Source: Minisyncoccota bacterium
Lineage (GTDB): Bacteria; Patescibacteriota; Minisyncoccia; Phycocordibacterales; UBA9973
Direction of reading: 5' to 3'
Length of the DNA stretch: 64,000 bases
Assembly (NCBI GenBank): GCA_942491275.1
Contig: CALNZI010000006.1
Span: forward strand, 9,899-73,898
Part shown: one piece after another, positions 56,069-63,525 of the stretch
How the letters are laid out: each line of letters opens with the position of its first letter
How positions within the stretch are numbered: position 1 is the stretch's first letter
Notes under the pieces: model-generated
Seen by the model: the letters and a program-made list of their open reading frames with translations, nothing else
Told to the model about the DNA's origin: nothing
Database searches by the model: none
Program-made: the position numbers and the translations under genes

Positions 56069-56752
56069 TTATTTGGGCTGAACAATGACTACATATTCCC
56101 CTCTTTGTTTATCAGAGTTTTCGCTATAGTATTCAAGAACTTCTTTGGGTGACCCCTGCATAAATTCTTCAAATTGCTTTGTAATTTCTCTTCCAATCAT
56201 GATATTAAAAGCTGGACAATGCTCATCCAGCGAAGTTAAAGTTTTTAAAATTCGATGAGTTGATTCATAAAAAACAATCACTTTTTTTGATTTAGCTATT
56301 TCTTTAAAAATTGTTTCTCTCCCTTTCTTATGTGGTAAAAATCCTAGAAAAATAAATTCCGCTGAAGAAATTCCACTGGCCGATAAAGCTGAAACAAAAG
56401 CGCTGGCTCCTGGAATTGGAACCACCGAGGCTTCATTTCCAAACTCCTTGCGTACGTTTGATACCAAAAGAACTCCTGGATCAGAAATACAAGGAGTTCC
56501 CGCATCGGAAACAAGAGCTAAATTTTCTCCAGCCTTTAACATATTTATAATTGCCAATTCTTTTGTCTCAGAACTATGAGCATGATAACTTATTGTTTTT
56601 GTTTTTATTTCGTATTTGTCTAAAAGTTTTTTTGTTGTTCGAGTATCTTCACATAAAATATAATCCACTTCTTTCAGTATTCTAAGTGCCCGAAGAGTGA
56701 TATCTTCCAGATTACCTATAGGTGTGGCAACTATATATAATGTTCCTATCAT
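56069..56752 (-). CDS. rsmI: 16S rRNA (cytidine1402-2'-O)-methyltransferase RsmI
   Basis: LYIVATPIGNLEDITLRALRILKEVDYILCEDTR. Start at ATG 56752, 6 nt after TATAAT; the track start is 56770. Confidence 0.88.
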   Translation of the reverse strand: MIGTLYIVATPIGNLEDITLRALRILKEVDYILCEDTRTTKKLLDKYEIKTKTISYHAHSSETKELAIINMLKAGENLALVSDAGTPCISDPGVLLVSNVRKEFGNEASVVPIPGASAFVSALSASGISSAEFIFLGFLPHKKGRETIFKEIAKSKKVIVFYESTHRILKTLTSLDEHCPAFNIMIGREITKQFEEFMQGSPKEVLEYYSENSDKQRGEYVVIVQPK

Positions 56753-56834
56753 GGATAAATTATACCTCAAGGTATCGTATAAAAAAAGCCCAATTATCTA
56801 AAAGACAACTGGACTTTATTGCTTAATGGCATTT

Positions 56835-57050
56835 TTAATGCCCATATTTTTTTTCCCATTTTCTTCCCCATTCGGAAAAAAATAAATAGGAAGCCAAAAT
56901 ACTTACTGAAATAAACCACCATGATCCAATTATGTTCCCGATTTTTTCCAGAGTAGTTCCCTCAATTTGATAAGGGATGGAAATAAAATTTAAAAGAAAA
57001 ATAATGATCACAAATAGACTTATTTTTGCTGTAAAAGAAAAATTTTTCAT
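56835..57050 (-). CDS. Small membrane protein (2 TM), hypothetical
   Basis: 71-aa hydrophobic ORF. The upstream minus-strand TTGACAAAAGGGAT..TATGAT promoter resembles the 50556/50823 promoters. The leader carries a 14-bp hairpin. Confidence 0.4.
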   Translation of the reverse strand: MKNFSFTAKISLFVIIIFLLNFISIPYQIEGTTLEKIGNIIGSWWFISVSILASYLFFSEWGRKWEKKYGH

Positions 57051-57240
57051 TTTTTTAAAATTAGGGGTGAATAAAATAAACGACTAAAGCAACTAATCAT
57101 CTATTTTATTCAACCCTAAAACAAAATGAATTTTCAAACCTTCAGTACAATCATATCACCTTTTATCCCTTTTGTCAAGGCCTAAGATAATATTTATTTC
57201 TATTAATAATAACCCTATACCCTATAAAATACAAGGAGTA

Positions 57241-57750
57241 TTAACAGTTTATACAGTACCCAGGATAATCAATATCCTCTCCTATGTGAGCTCTACAATT
57301 ACCCAAAACACAGTAATATGCTGAGCTATTTACTTGGAAATCATCAGCCCAAGATTCATTTGGAAATTCACAGGCACTTAATGGTCCTCCTATGGGGCAA
57401 AATCTAATACTAATTTGATATATTCTCTCTCCTGGATTATCTGGATCTTCCCAATTATCCCAGTCATAAACACTCCCAGGCCAAGGAGCTGCGGGCCAAA
57501 CATCTTCTGTTTCTCCAGCTAAATAAATTTCTAATCCTGGTGGAATATTTCTATTAGCGTCAGGAGGATAATCTCCATTATCATCTCTGTAGTATTCAAG
57601 AGCTTCAGCCATGGATTTATACTCAGCTTGAGCTCGCATGTAAATAGCCTTGTCTCTCGCCCCTCCAAAAGTAGACATCATAATTGAGGCAAGAACTCCA
57701 ATGATTGAAATTACTATAATTATTTCTATAAGTGAAAATCCTTTTGACAT
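57241..57750 (-). CDS. Type IV pilin/pseudopilin-like protein (prepilin N-terminal methylation motif)
   Basis: MSKGFSLIEIIIVISIIGVLA matches the G/F-x-x-x-E class III signal. The C-terminal globular part contains several Cys. No pilus assembly genes are adjacent. Confidence 0.8.
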   Translation of the reverse strand: MSKGFSLIEIIIVISIIGVLASIMMSTFGGARDKAIYMRAQAEYKSMAEALEYYRDDNGDYPPDANRNIPPGLEIYLAGETEDVWPAAPWPGSVYDWDNWEDPDNPGERIYQISIRFCPIGGPLSACEFPNESWADDFQVNSSAYYCVLGNCRAHIGEDIDYPGYCINC

Positions 57751-57830
57751 AAAGTTATTTTATAATAAAAAAAATAATAAACCAAACGATCTAATAAAGT
57801 CCGATTTTTAAATATGTTATAATGAATATT

Positions 57831-58634
57831 ATGTCATTTAGCATTCTCCATTTAAACATCGAAAGAGACAAACACCTCAAATCATTAACGCAACTATTAA
57901 AAGATAAAAAGCCTGATATTGTTTGTCTTGCTGAAGCAATGGAGAAAGATGTAATCTCTATTGCTTCTAGTCTGGGATATGAATTATCTTTTGCTCCATT
58001 ATTAAAATTAAAAAAAGATGATGATCAAACTGACCAGGAAGGTTCAGCGATTTTATCAAAATACAAAATTATTAAAACACAAAAATCTCGCTACGACGAT
58101 AAAACATCTGAAGACCTTCCTGTTTTAAAAGTGGAAGAACTTAGTCTAAAAAGCAAAGAAAGGCCGGCTGGTAGATTTTTATATCAAAATACATTACTAA
58201 TTTCCACAATTCAACTAAATTCAAAACAAAATATAAATATTTGCACAACCCACTTCCCTGTTACAGACCACTCCACTCCTGGGCACAAAGATCACGAACT
58301 TCTAAGTTTACAAAATATTATTGATATAGAACATTCTTCTCTTTATTTAGAGAGATTGATAAGACTAATCCGATCTCTCAAAAACCCTTTAATTTTTACA
58401 GCAGATCTAAATAATCCCCGTGGAGAATATTTTTATGATTCACTAGCTCATGAATTAATTGATCAAGTTCCGATTTCAGTAAAATCAAGTCTTGATCCTG
58501 TTTTACATAGAGCCAAAGATATTAAATTAATGGTTGATACAATTATGACCAGCCCAGATTTAATAGTTGAGTCCTTTGAAGCAATTGAAGGTGTAAGTGA
58601 CCACAAAGCCTTTCTGGCTTCATTCAGTCTTTGA
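57831..58634 (+). CDS. Endonuclease/exonuclease/phosphatase (EEP) family protein
   Basis: ILHLNIER...PDIVCLAE and a C-terminal VSDHKA. ATG 57831 lies 7 nt after TGtTATAAT (57815-57823); the track start 57822 lies inside the -10 box. Ends in TGA. Confidence 0.7.
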   Translation: MSFSILHLNIERDKHLKSLTQLLKDKKPDIVCLAEAMEKDVISIASSLGYELSFAPLLKLKKDDDQTDQEGSAILSKYKIIKTQKSRYDDKTSEDLPVLKVEELSLKSKERPAGRFLYQNTLLISTIQLNSKQNINICTTHFPVTDHSTPGHKDHELLSLQNIIDIEHSSLYLERLIRLIRSLKNPLIFTADLNNPRGEYFYDSLAHELIDQVPISVKSSLDPVLHRAKDIKLMVDTIMTSPDLIVESFEAIEGVSDHKAFLASFSL

Positions 58635-58674
58635 ACCAAAAAATCTGGAAGTCCAACTTCCAGATTTCTTCCAA

Positions 58675-59241
58675 CTACTCAAAAATTTCCTTAAGAAGAA
58701 TTTCTATCCCTTTTTTCTTTTTGGTCGATACAGGAATAATTAGATGCTCTCCAGCTATTTTTTTAATTTCTCTTATTTGTTTTTGATAATCTGATTGATT
58801 CATCCTATCTATTTTATTGGCAACAATAATAAAATCTTTTTTATTCTCTTCTAATTCATCCAACATAGAAAGATCTGTTTCTGTAAATCCAACGTTGGCA
58901 TCAATAATAAAAACTATTTTCTTTTGACGATAATTAGATTGGAAAAGATAAAAATCAATTAACTCCCAAATCTTTTCTCTTCCCAGGCCGGAAACTCGAG
59001 CAAAACCATAGCCAGGAAGATCAACTAAATAAAAGGAATCATTCATTAAAAAAACGTTAATCTCCTGAGTTCTTCCAGGGAACGAACTAGTTCGAGATAT
59101 TTTACTATTACTTAATGTATTTATTAAACTTGATTTTCCTACATTAGAACGCCCAATAAAGGCGATTTGAGGAATATCACTGGCTAGTATTTCATCGTCC
59201 CCAACGAGACCTTTTATAAATTTTGAGGATGTTATCTTCAT
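58675..59241 (-). CDS. engB: Ribosome biogenesis GTPase EngB/YsxC
   Basis: GRSNVGKSSLIN (G1), DLPGYG (G3), NKID (G4). Confidence 0.9.
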   Translation of the reverse strand: MKITSSKFIKGLVGDDEILASDIPQIAFIGRSNVGKSSLINTLSNSKISRTSSFPGRTQEINVFLMNDSFYLVDLPGYGFARVSGLGREKIWELIDFYLFQSNYRQKKIVFIIDANVGFTETDLSMLDELEENKKDFIIVANKIDRMNQSDYQKQIREIKKIAGEHLIIPVSTKKKKGIEILLKEIFE

Positions 59242-59318
59242 ATATTCTCATATTAGCAAATAAACACAGTTTCAGCGATGTTTTACTCACATTCGGAGGT
59301 TGGAACGTCCGAATACTG

Positions 59319-60284
59319 TTATAAAATCAAGTTGAAAAGAAAACCTGTAAACATAATTCCAATAGCGACAATTCCAATAAAAATAAGGATTAATTTTGTT
59401 TTCATTACTTTCTTTAAAATCATAAACTCCGGAAGAGACAGAGCTGTCACTGACATCATAAATGATAGAGTCGTTCCCATGGCCACCCCCTTCTCAGTTA
59501 AAGCTGAAACAAGTGGAATTACTCCAGCCGCATTTGAATATAAAGGAATTCCAACTAAAACAGCCAGGGGTACAGCATACCATTTGTCACTTCCAGCATA
59601 TTGAGCCAGAAAATCAGCGGGGACATATCCATGAATCCAAGCACCTATTCCAATCCCAATCAAAACATAAATCCAAACTTTATTTAATATATTTAATGTA
59701 TAATTTTTAGCATAATTGAATCTTTCTTTTTTAGACATCTGAGGTAAGATTACATCTCCGTCTATTCTATTATCAAAAACAAAAGATTCCACTAAACTTT
59801 CCATCTTCATTTTTCCAATAATTATCCCAGATAGAACTGAAATAATAATTCCGCTAATGACATAAATAAGAGCAATCTTCCAACCAAACATCCCCAAAAG
59901 TAACACTAGGGCTACTTCATTTATCATAGGTGAAGCAATAAGAAAAGAAAAAGTTGTTCCCAGAGGAACTCCCGCTTGAACAAAACCTAAAAATAAAGGG
60001 ATGGCCGAGCAAGAACAAAATGGGGTAATTATTCCCAAAAGTGAAGCAAATAAATTCCCCACATATTCGTTTTTGCGAGATAATATAATTCGTATTTTTT
60101 CAGGAGGTAAATATGAACGAATAATTGAAACAATAAAAATAATAACAGTTAGTAGTATTAAAATTTTTAAAGTATCATAAATAAAAAAGTTTACAGCTCC
60201 AGCTCTAAGAGAGTCTGGAGTAATTCGAAAAACAGAATATGTTAGCCAGTCGGACAATAATTGTATGGGGTAAAAAAGATTCAT
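59319..60284 (-). CDS. UPF0718/YraQ-type permease
   Basis: Polytopic protein with the PFCSCSAIPLF motif typical of this permease family. Confidence 0.65.
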   Translation of the reverse strand: MNLFYPIQLLSDWLTYSVFRITPDSLRAGAVNFFIYDTLKILILLTVIIFIVSIIRSYLPPEKIRIILSRKNEYVGNLFASLLGIITPFCSCSAIPLFLGFVQAGVPLGTTFSFLIASPMINEVALVLLLGMFGWKIALIYVISGIIISVLSGIIIGKMKMESLVESFVFDNRIDGDVILPQMSKKERFNYAKNYTLNILNKVWIYVLIGIGIGAWIHGYVPADFLAQYAGSDKWYAVPLAVLVGIPLYSNAAGVIPLVSALTEKGVAMGTTLSFMMSVTALSLPEFMILKKVMKTKLILIFIGIVAIGIMFTGFLFNLIL

Positions 60285-60401
60285 TTAGAGATTATACCAC
60301 TTTATTATTAATGGGAAAGGACAAATTTTATCTCATAATTAAAGATTCCCTGCTTGTAAATAGTCTTATATTTTGGTATTTTTAGTGAGTGTTTGTTTTA
60401 A

Positions 60402-60462
60402 GGCCCTATCGTCCCTGCCAGCCCTCGCGTACTCGAGAGCAGGCTGGTAAAGGTTAGGACAT
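60402..60462 (+). pseudogene. 5' fragment of tRNA-Glu (nt 1 to about 27) carrying a 34-nt GC-rich hairpin inserted in the D-loop
   Basis: GGCCCTATCGTC[CCTGCCAGCCCTCGCGTACTCGAGAGCAGGCTGG]TAAAGGTTAGGACAT versus the gene GGCCCTATCGTCTAACGGTTAGGACAT. Similarity ends where the anticodon stem would start. Confidence 0.75.
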
Positions 60463-60486
60463 GTATAATTAAATAGTCTAAGTTTG

Positions 60487-60558
60487 GCCCTATCGTCTAA
60501 CGGTTAGGACATCGCCTTCTCAAGGCGGTAATCCGGGTTCGATTCCCGGTAGGGTCAC
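60487..60558 (+). tRNA. tRNA-Glu (anticodon CUC), CCA not encoded
   Basis: GGCCCTATCGTCTAACGGTTAGGACATCGCCTTCTCAAGGCGGTAATCCGGGTTCGATTCCCGGTAGGGTCA. Manual cloverleaf with anticodon loop TTCTCAA. Confidence 0.9.
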
Positions 60559-60562
60559 AAAT

Positions 60563-60591
60563 TGACACATAAAGTAAACAATGTTATTATT
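60563..60591 (+). promoter_or_regulatory. Near-consensus promoter immediately after tRNA-Glu
   Basis: TTGACA-17 nt-TATTAT with the TG extension. Same layout as 28566-28594, which follows the orphan tRNA fragment. Confidence 0.6.
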
Positions 60592-60633
60592 TATATAATT
60601 AACGTTTATTTATGTACTTAAAAATATTAAATA

Positions 60634-61248
60634 GTGGAAACAAAAAATTATAATTATTTCTATGATGAAGATGGTACAAAGATAGTAATCAATGGATTAA
60701 AAGATTATCGAGAATTACCACAGATGTCTGCTGTATTGATTTTAAAAAACAATCAATACATAAGAGAAATGAAAAGACAAAAGTTGTCTTGTATTTCTAG
60801 CGATGTTATTTCCCCTGATTATAATGCAAGTGGTGCAATGTATATACTTTTTTCATATATACTTCATCGATTTGATTTTTATTTATCAGCTGAGAATTGT
60901 TTGGAAAATGAAGTATCTAAATACTTACAAATTTGTGAGGACTTGATACCTGAACTTTTGTATGAAGCAAAATACTACAATTATTCTCCGCAAGGAAAAC
61001 CGCCAAGGCTTTGTTCATATTTAGAAAATTATAATGAACTTCCAGAAAGAATAAGATTCTTATTTTTTCTATCGTTAAACCATGTTATCGGTTTACATCG
61101 CGGACTAAGTAGTTGTTTCTATTATGTTGAAAAATATTTTCAACTAGCAAAACACGAAGGAAGAGCTTGTAAAAATGAATTCGGAGGATCTGCCAATATT
61201 CTTCATAAATTATTTGATACATTTTCTTTTCCACAACAAAATTCATAA
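60634..61248 (+). CDS. Hypothetical protein (204 aa), Tyr/Cys-rich, cassette 1
   Basis: Long ORF with no family recognised. The start is uncertain (GTG 60634, with no in-frame ATG until codon 31). A terminator lies at 61262-61290. Confidence 0.45.
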   Translation: METKNYNYFYDEDGTKIVINGLKDYRELPQMSAVLILKNNQYIREMKRQKLSCISSDVISPDYNASGAMYILFSYILHRFDFYLSAENCLENEVSKYLQICEDLIPELLYEAKYYNYSPQGKPPRLCSYLENYNELPERIRFLFFLSLNHVIGLHRGLSSCFYYVEKYFQLAKHEGRACKNEFGGSANILHKLFDTFSFPQQNS

Positions 61249-61300
61249 GAATTATTAAGGCCTGCTTATTTAAGTGGGCTTTTTTATGCAACAAATTCCT

Positions 61301-61355
61301 TAAATCCCCTTATATTCTCTATAATCGAGTTCCAATAAATTACCCGTAGGGTCAC
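61301..61355 (+). repeat. R1: decayed copy of the tRNA-Glu 3' portion
   Basis: taaatccccttatattctctataatcgagttccaataaattaCCCGTAGGGTCAC. The end matches the tRNA 3' end CCCGGTAGGGTCAC. There are 4 mismatches to R2 over 55 nt. Confidence 0.75.
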
Positions 61356-61465
61356 AGCTTATTCTCATCCTTAACTAATAAGGGTTTTTTGTTAATTTTA
61401 ATATAAAATCTAATATGATATACTTAATTTAGAAATAATTTTTTTAAATAAATAATTTAATTATT

Positions 61466-61738
61466 ATGGAAACTAACGACAAATCTTTCAGAGTTTCTAG
61501 AGTTCTTTTATTTTATTGGGTAATTAGAGACTGGTGGTCTTCTAAAAAAATGTTTGTTCGTAGCCGTTTAAGATTAATTTGGGCACGTATCTATATACGT
61601 AAGGATGAATTCCATAAATCCTTAGATATGGATTTTGAGGCTCTTATGACTATGAAGGGAAAACAAAAAGAAAAATATCTTAAAGACCTATGCGACAGAA
61701 GAGAAATTGCTCACAGAAAAGAAATGGGTGATATGTAA
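61466..61738 (+). CDS. Hypothetical basic protein (90 aa), cassette 2
   Basis: ORF with the terminator AATAGCCAATAA..TTATTGGCTATT downstream. No family recognised. Confidence 0.4.
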   Translation: METNDKSFRVSRVLLFYWVIRDWWSSKKMFVRSRLRLIWARIYIRKDEFHKSLDMDFEALMTMKGKQKEKYLKDLCDRREIAHRKEMGDM

Positions 61739-61807
61739 GTATCATTTAAATAGAAACAAAAAATAGCCAATAATAATTTTATTGGCTATTTTCTTTACAT
61801 AGAATAC

Positions 61808-61862
61808 TAAATCCCCTTATACTATCTACAATAGAGTTCCAATAAATTACCCGTAGGGTCAC
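61808..61862 (+). repeat. R2: second copy of the R repeat
   Basis: Same 55-mer as R1, here followed by CCA-TG. Confidence 0.75.
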
Positions 61863-61943
61863 CATGTCGTGCTAGCACGAGAAGGTTATAAAATCAGTGT
61901 TTTAAAAGATTGAAATTTCGCACCCTTCTAGGAATCGAACTAT
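61863..61943 (+). repeat. S1: 81-nt direct repeat, left flank of the purM-like gene
   Basis: Starts with the palindrome TCGTGCTAGCACGA. Ends with GCACCCTTCTAGGAATCGAAC, which on the minus strand reads GTTCGATTCCTAGAAGGGTGC, a tRNA T-loop/acceptor-like end. There are 5 mismatches to S2. Confidence 0.8.
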
Positions 61944-62024
61944 TTTATATATAGACAGACTATGGATTTTGTGTTAATATTTATACAAAATTCGTAATAC
62001 TATTCACAAACAAATAATCTTAAA

Positions 62025-63236
62025 ATGGAAAAAGGTGATACTAACTATCAAAAAAGAGGCGTATCTTCTGGTAAAGAAGATGTACATAATGCCATTCAAA
62101 ATTTGAGTAAAGGAATATTTTCCAATTCATTTTGTAAAATTTTACCAGATTTTTTAAGTAACGACCCAGAATATTGTATTATTATGCACGCAGACGGTGC
62201 TGGAACCAAAGGCTCATTGGCCTATCTCTACTGGAAAGAAACTGGTGATATTTCAGTTTTCAAAGGAATATCGCAAGATTCAATAGTAATGAACATTGAC
62301 GACATCATGTGTATTGGTGCAACAAATGGAACAATTTTAATTTCTTCAACAATCGGAAGAAACAAACATCTCATTACTGGTAAAGTAATTGCTGAATTAG
62401 TAAACGGAGCTGAAGAATTTTACAAAATGCTTAGAAAATTTGATATTAGCATTGAAAGCTCTGGTGGTGAAACTGCTGATGTGGGTGATATTGTGAGAAC
62501 CTTAGTTGTAGACAATACAATTGTTTGTCGAGCTAAGAGATCCGATATTATTAATATCGACATTCAACCTGGTGATTATGTTGTAGGTCTATCCTCTTTT
62601 GGAAAAGCTTCCTACGAAGACACCTATAATTCAGGTATGGGAAGTAACGGACTTACCTCAAGCAGACACGATATTTTTGGTGGAGATTATATATTTAAAT
62701 ATCCTGAAACTTTTGATCCAATTCTACTAGAAAAATGCCATGAACTTGTTTATCGAGGAAAAAGAAAAGTTACAGATATTGTCGATGTTAATTCTAAGGA
62801 TAAATCATTTAATAACTTAGACTTCGGTAAATTTGTTCTTTCTCCTACGAGAACTTATGCTCCTATAGTGAAACAAATTCTCGAAAAAATTCCAAGAAAA
62901 AAAATTCATGGAATTATTCACAATTCAGGAGGAGGTCAGACAAAAGTTCTAAATTTTATTGATGGACTTCATGTCACAAAAGATTTAACAGGATTAGTTC
63001 CTCCCCTATTTAAGATTATTCAGAAAGAAACAAACACTAAATCCAATGAAATGTATCAAACATTTAATATGGGTTACAGGATGGAGTTTTATTGTGATAA
63101 AGAAACCGCAAATGAAATAATCGAAATAGCTAAGAGTTTTAATGTAAAAGGTGAATTAATGGGAAAAGTTATCCGTTCATCAAAAACAAAAGTCACCATA
63201 AAAAACGGCGACAACACTGAAACTTATGAAAAATAA
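62025..63236 (+). CDS. purM: PurM-like protein (AIR synthase family), cassette 3
   Basis: YQKRGVSSGKEDV, ADGAGTKGSLA, MNIDDIMCIGA, SSGGETADVG, LSPTRTYAPIV, HNSGGGQTK, MYQTFNMGYRM align block by block with PurM. A terminator lies at 63237-63275. Confidence 0.8.
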   Translation: MEKGDTNYQKRGVSSGKEDVHNAIQNLSKGIFSNSFCKILPDFLSNDPEYCIIMHADGAGTKGSLAYLYWKETGDISVFKGISQDSIVMNIDDIMCIGATNGTILISSTIGRNKHLITGKVIAELVNGAEEFYKMLRKFDISIESSGGETADVGDIVRTLVVDNTIVCRAKRSDIINIDIQPGDYVVGLSSFGKASYEDTYNSGMGSNGLTSSRHDIFGGDYIFKYPETFDPILLEKCHELVYRGKRKVTDIVDVNSKDKSFNNLDFGKFVLSPTRTYAPIVKQILEKIPRKKIHGIIHNSGGGQTKVLNFIDGLHVTKDLTGLVPPLFKIIQKETNTKSNEMYQTFNMGYRMEFYCDKETANEIIEIAKSFNVKGELMGKVIRSSKTKVTIKNGDNTETYEK

Positions 63237-63295
63237 CCTGCTTAACAGATCAACCTGTTTAGGCAGGTTTTTCTTTTTTATTAACCACCTTTCTA

Positions 63296-63335
63296 GTGCT
63301 AGCACGAGAAGTATTGGATTCCCGGAGAGGTCAAC
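63296..63335 (+). repeat. R3: extra half-palindrome plus tRNA 3'-end-like fragment
   Basis: GTGCTAGCACGAGAAG followed by TATTGGATTCCCGGAGAGGTCAAC, then CCA-TG and S2. Confidence 0.6.
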
Positions 63336-63416
63336 CATGTCGTGCTAGCACGAGAAGCTGATAAAATCAGTGTTTTAAAAAATTAAAATTTTGCACCCTT
63401 CTAGGAATCGAACTAT
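63336..63416 (+). repeat. S2: 81-nt direct repeat, right flank of the purM-like gene
   Basis: Aligns full-length with S1. The first 22 nt and last 24 nt are identical. Confidence 0.8.
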
Positions 63417-63525
63417 AAAAATTATTAGAAATACCATTAAGATGTATTATTACAAAAAAAATAATGCATACAAATTTAATCTGTATGCATTATATTATTG
63501 AGTAATTTACTTTTTACTTTTTACT

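Noticed and set aside
61850-61866. Retroelement primer-binding-site idea. R2 and R3 end in ...GGGTCA-CCA, so the opposite strand reads TGG-TGACCCTACGGG, complementary to a CCA-tailed tRNA-Glu 3' end.
   Set aside because: There is no reverse transcriptase, LTR-like structure or group II intron/retron feature anywhere in the window. The CCA observation is kept only as an oddity within the tRNA-Glu array finding.
63312-63340. Two-piece or permuted tmRNA acceptor piece (GGATTCCCGGAGAGGTCAACCA).
   Set aside because: There is no matching 5' acceptor strand, no G.U alanine identity pair, and no tag reading frame or pseudoknot region nearby. A tRNA-end relic fits better.
61301-63416. CRISPR-like array formed by the R/S repeats.
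   Set aside because: The repeats are 55-81 nt, imperfect, spaced 0.5-1.5 kb apart, and separate complete genes. No cas genes are present. This is not CRISPR architecture.
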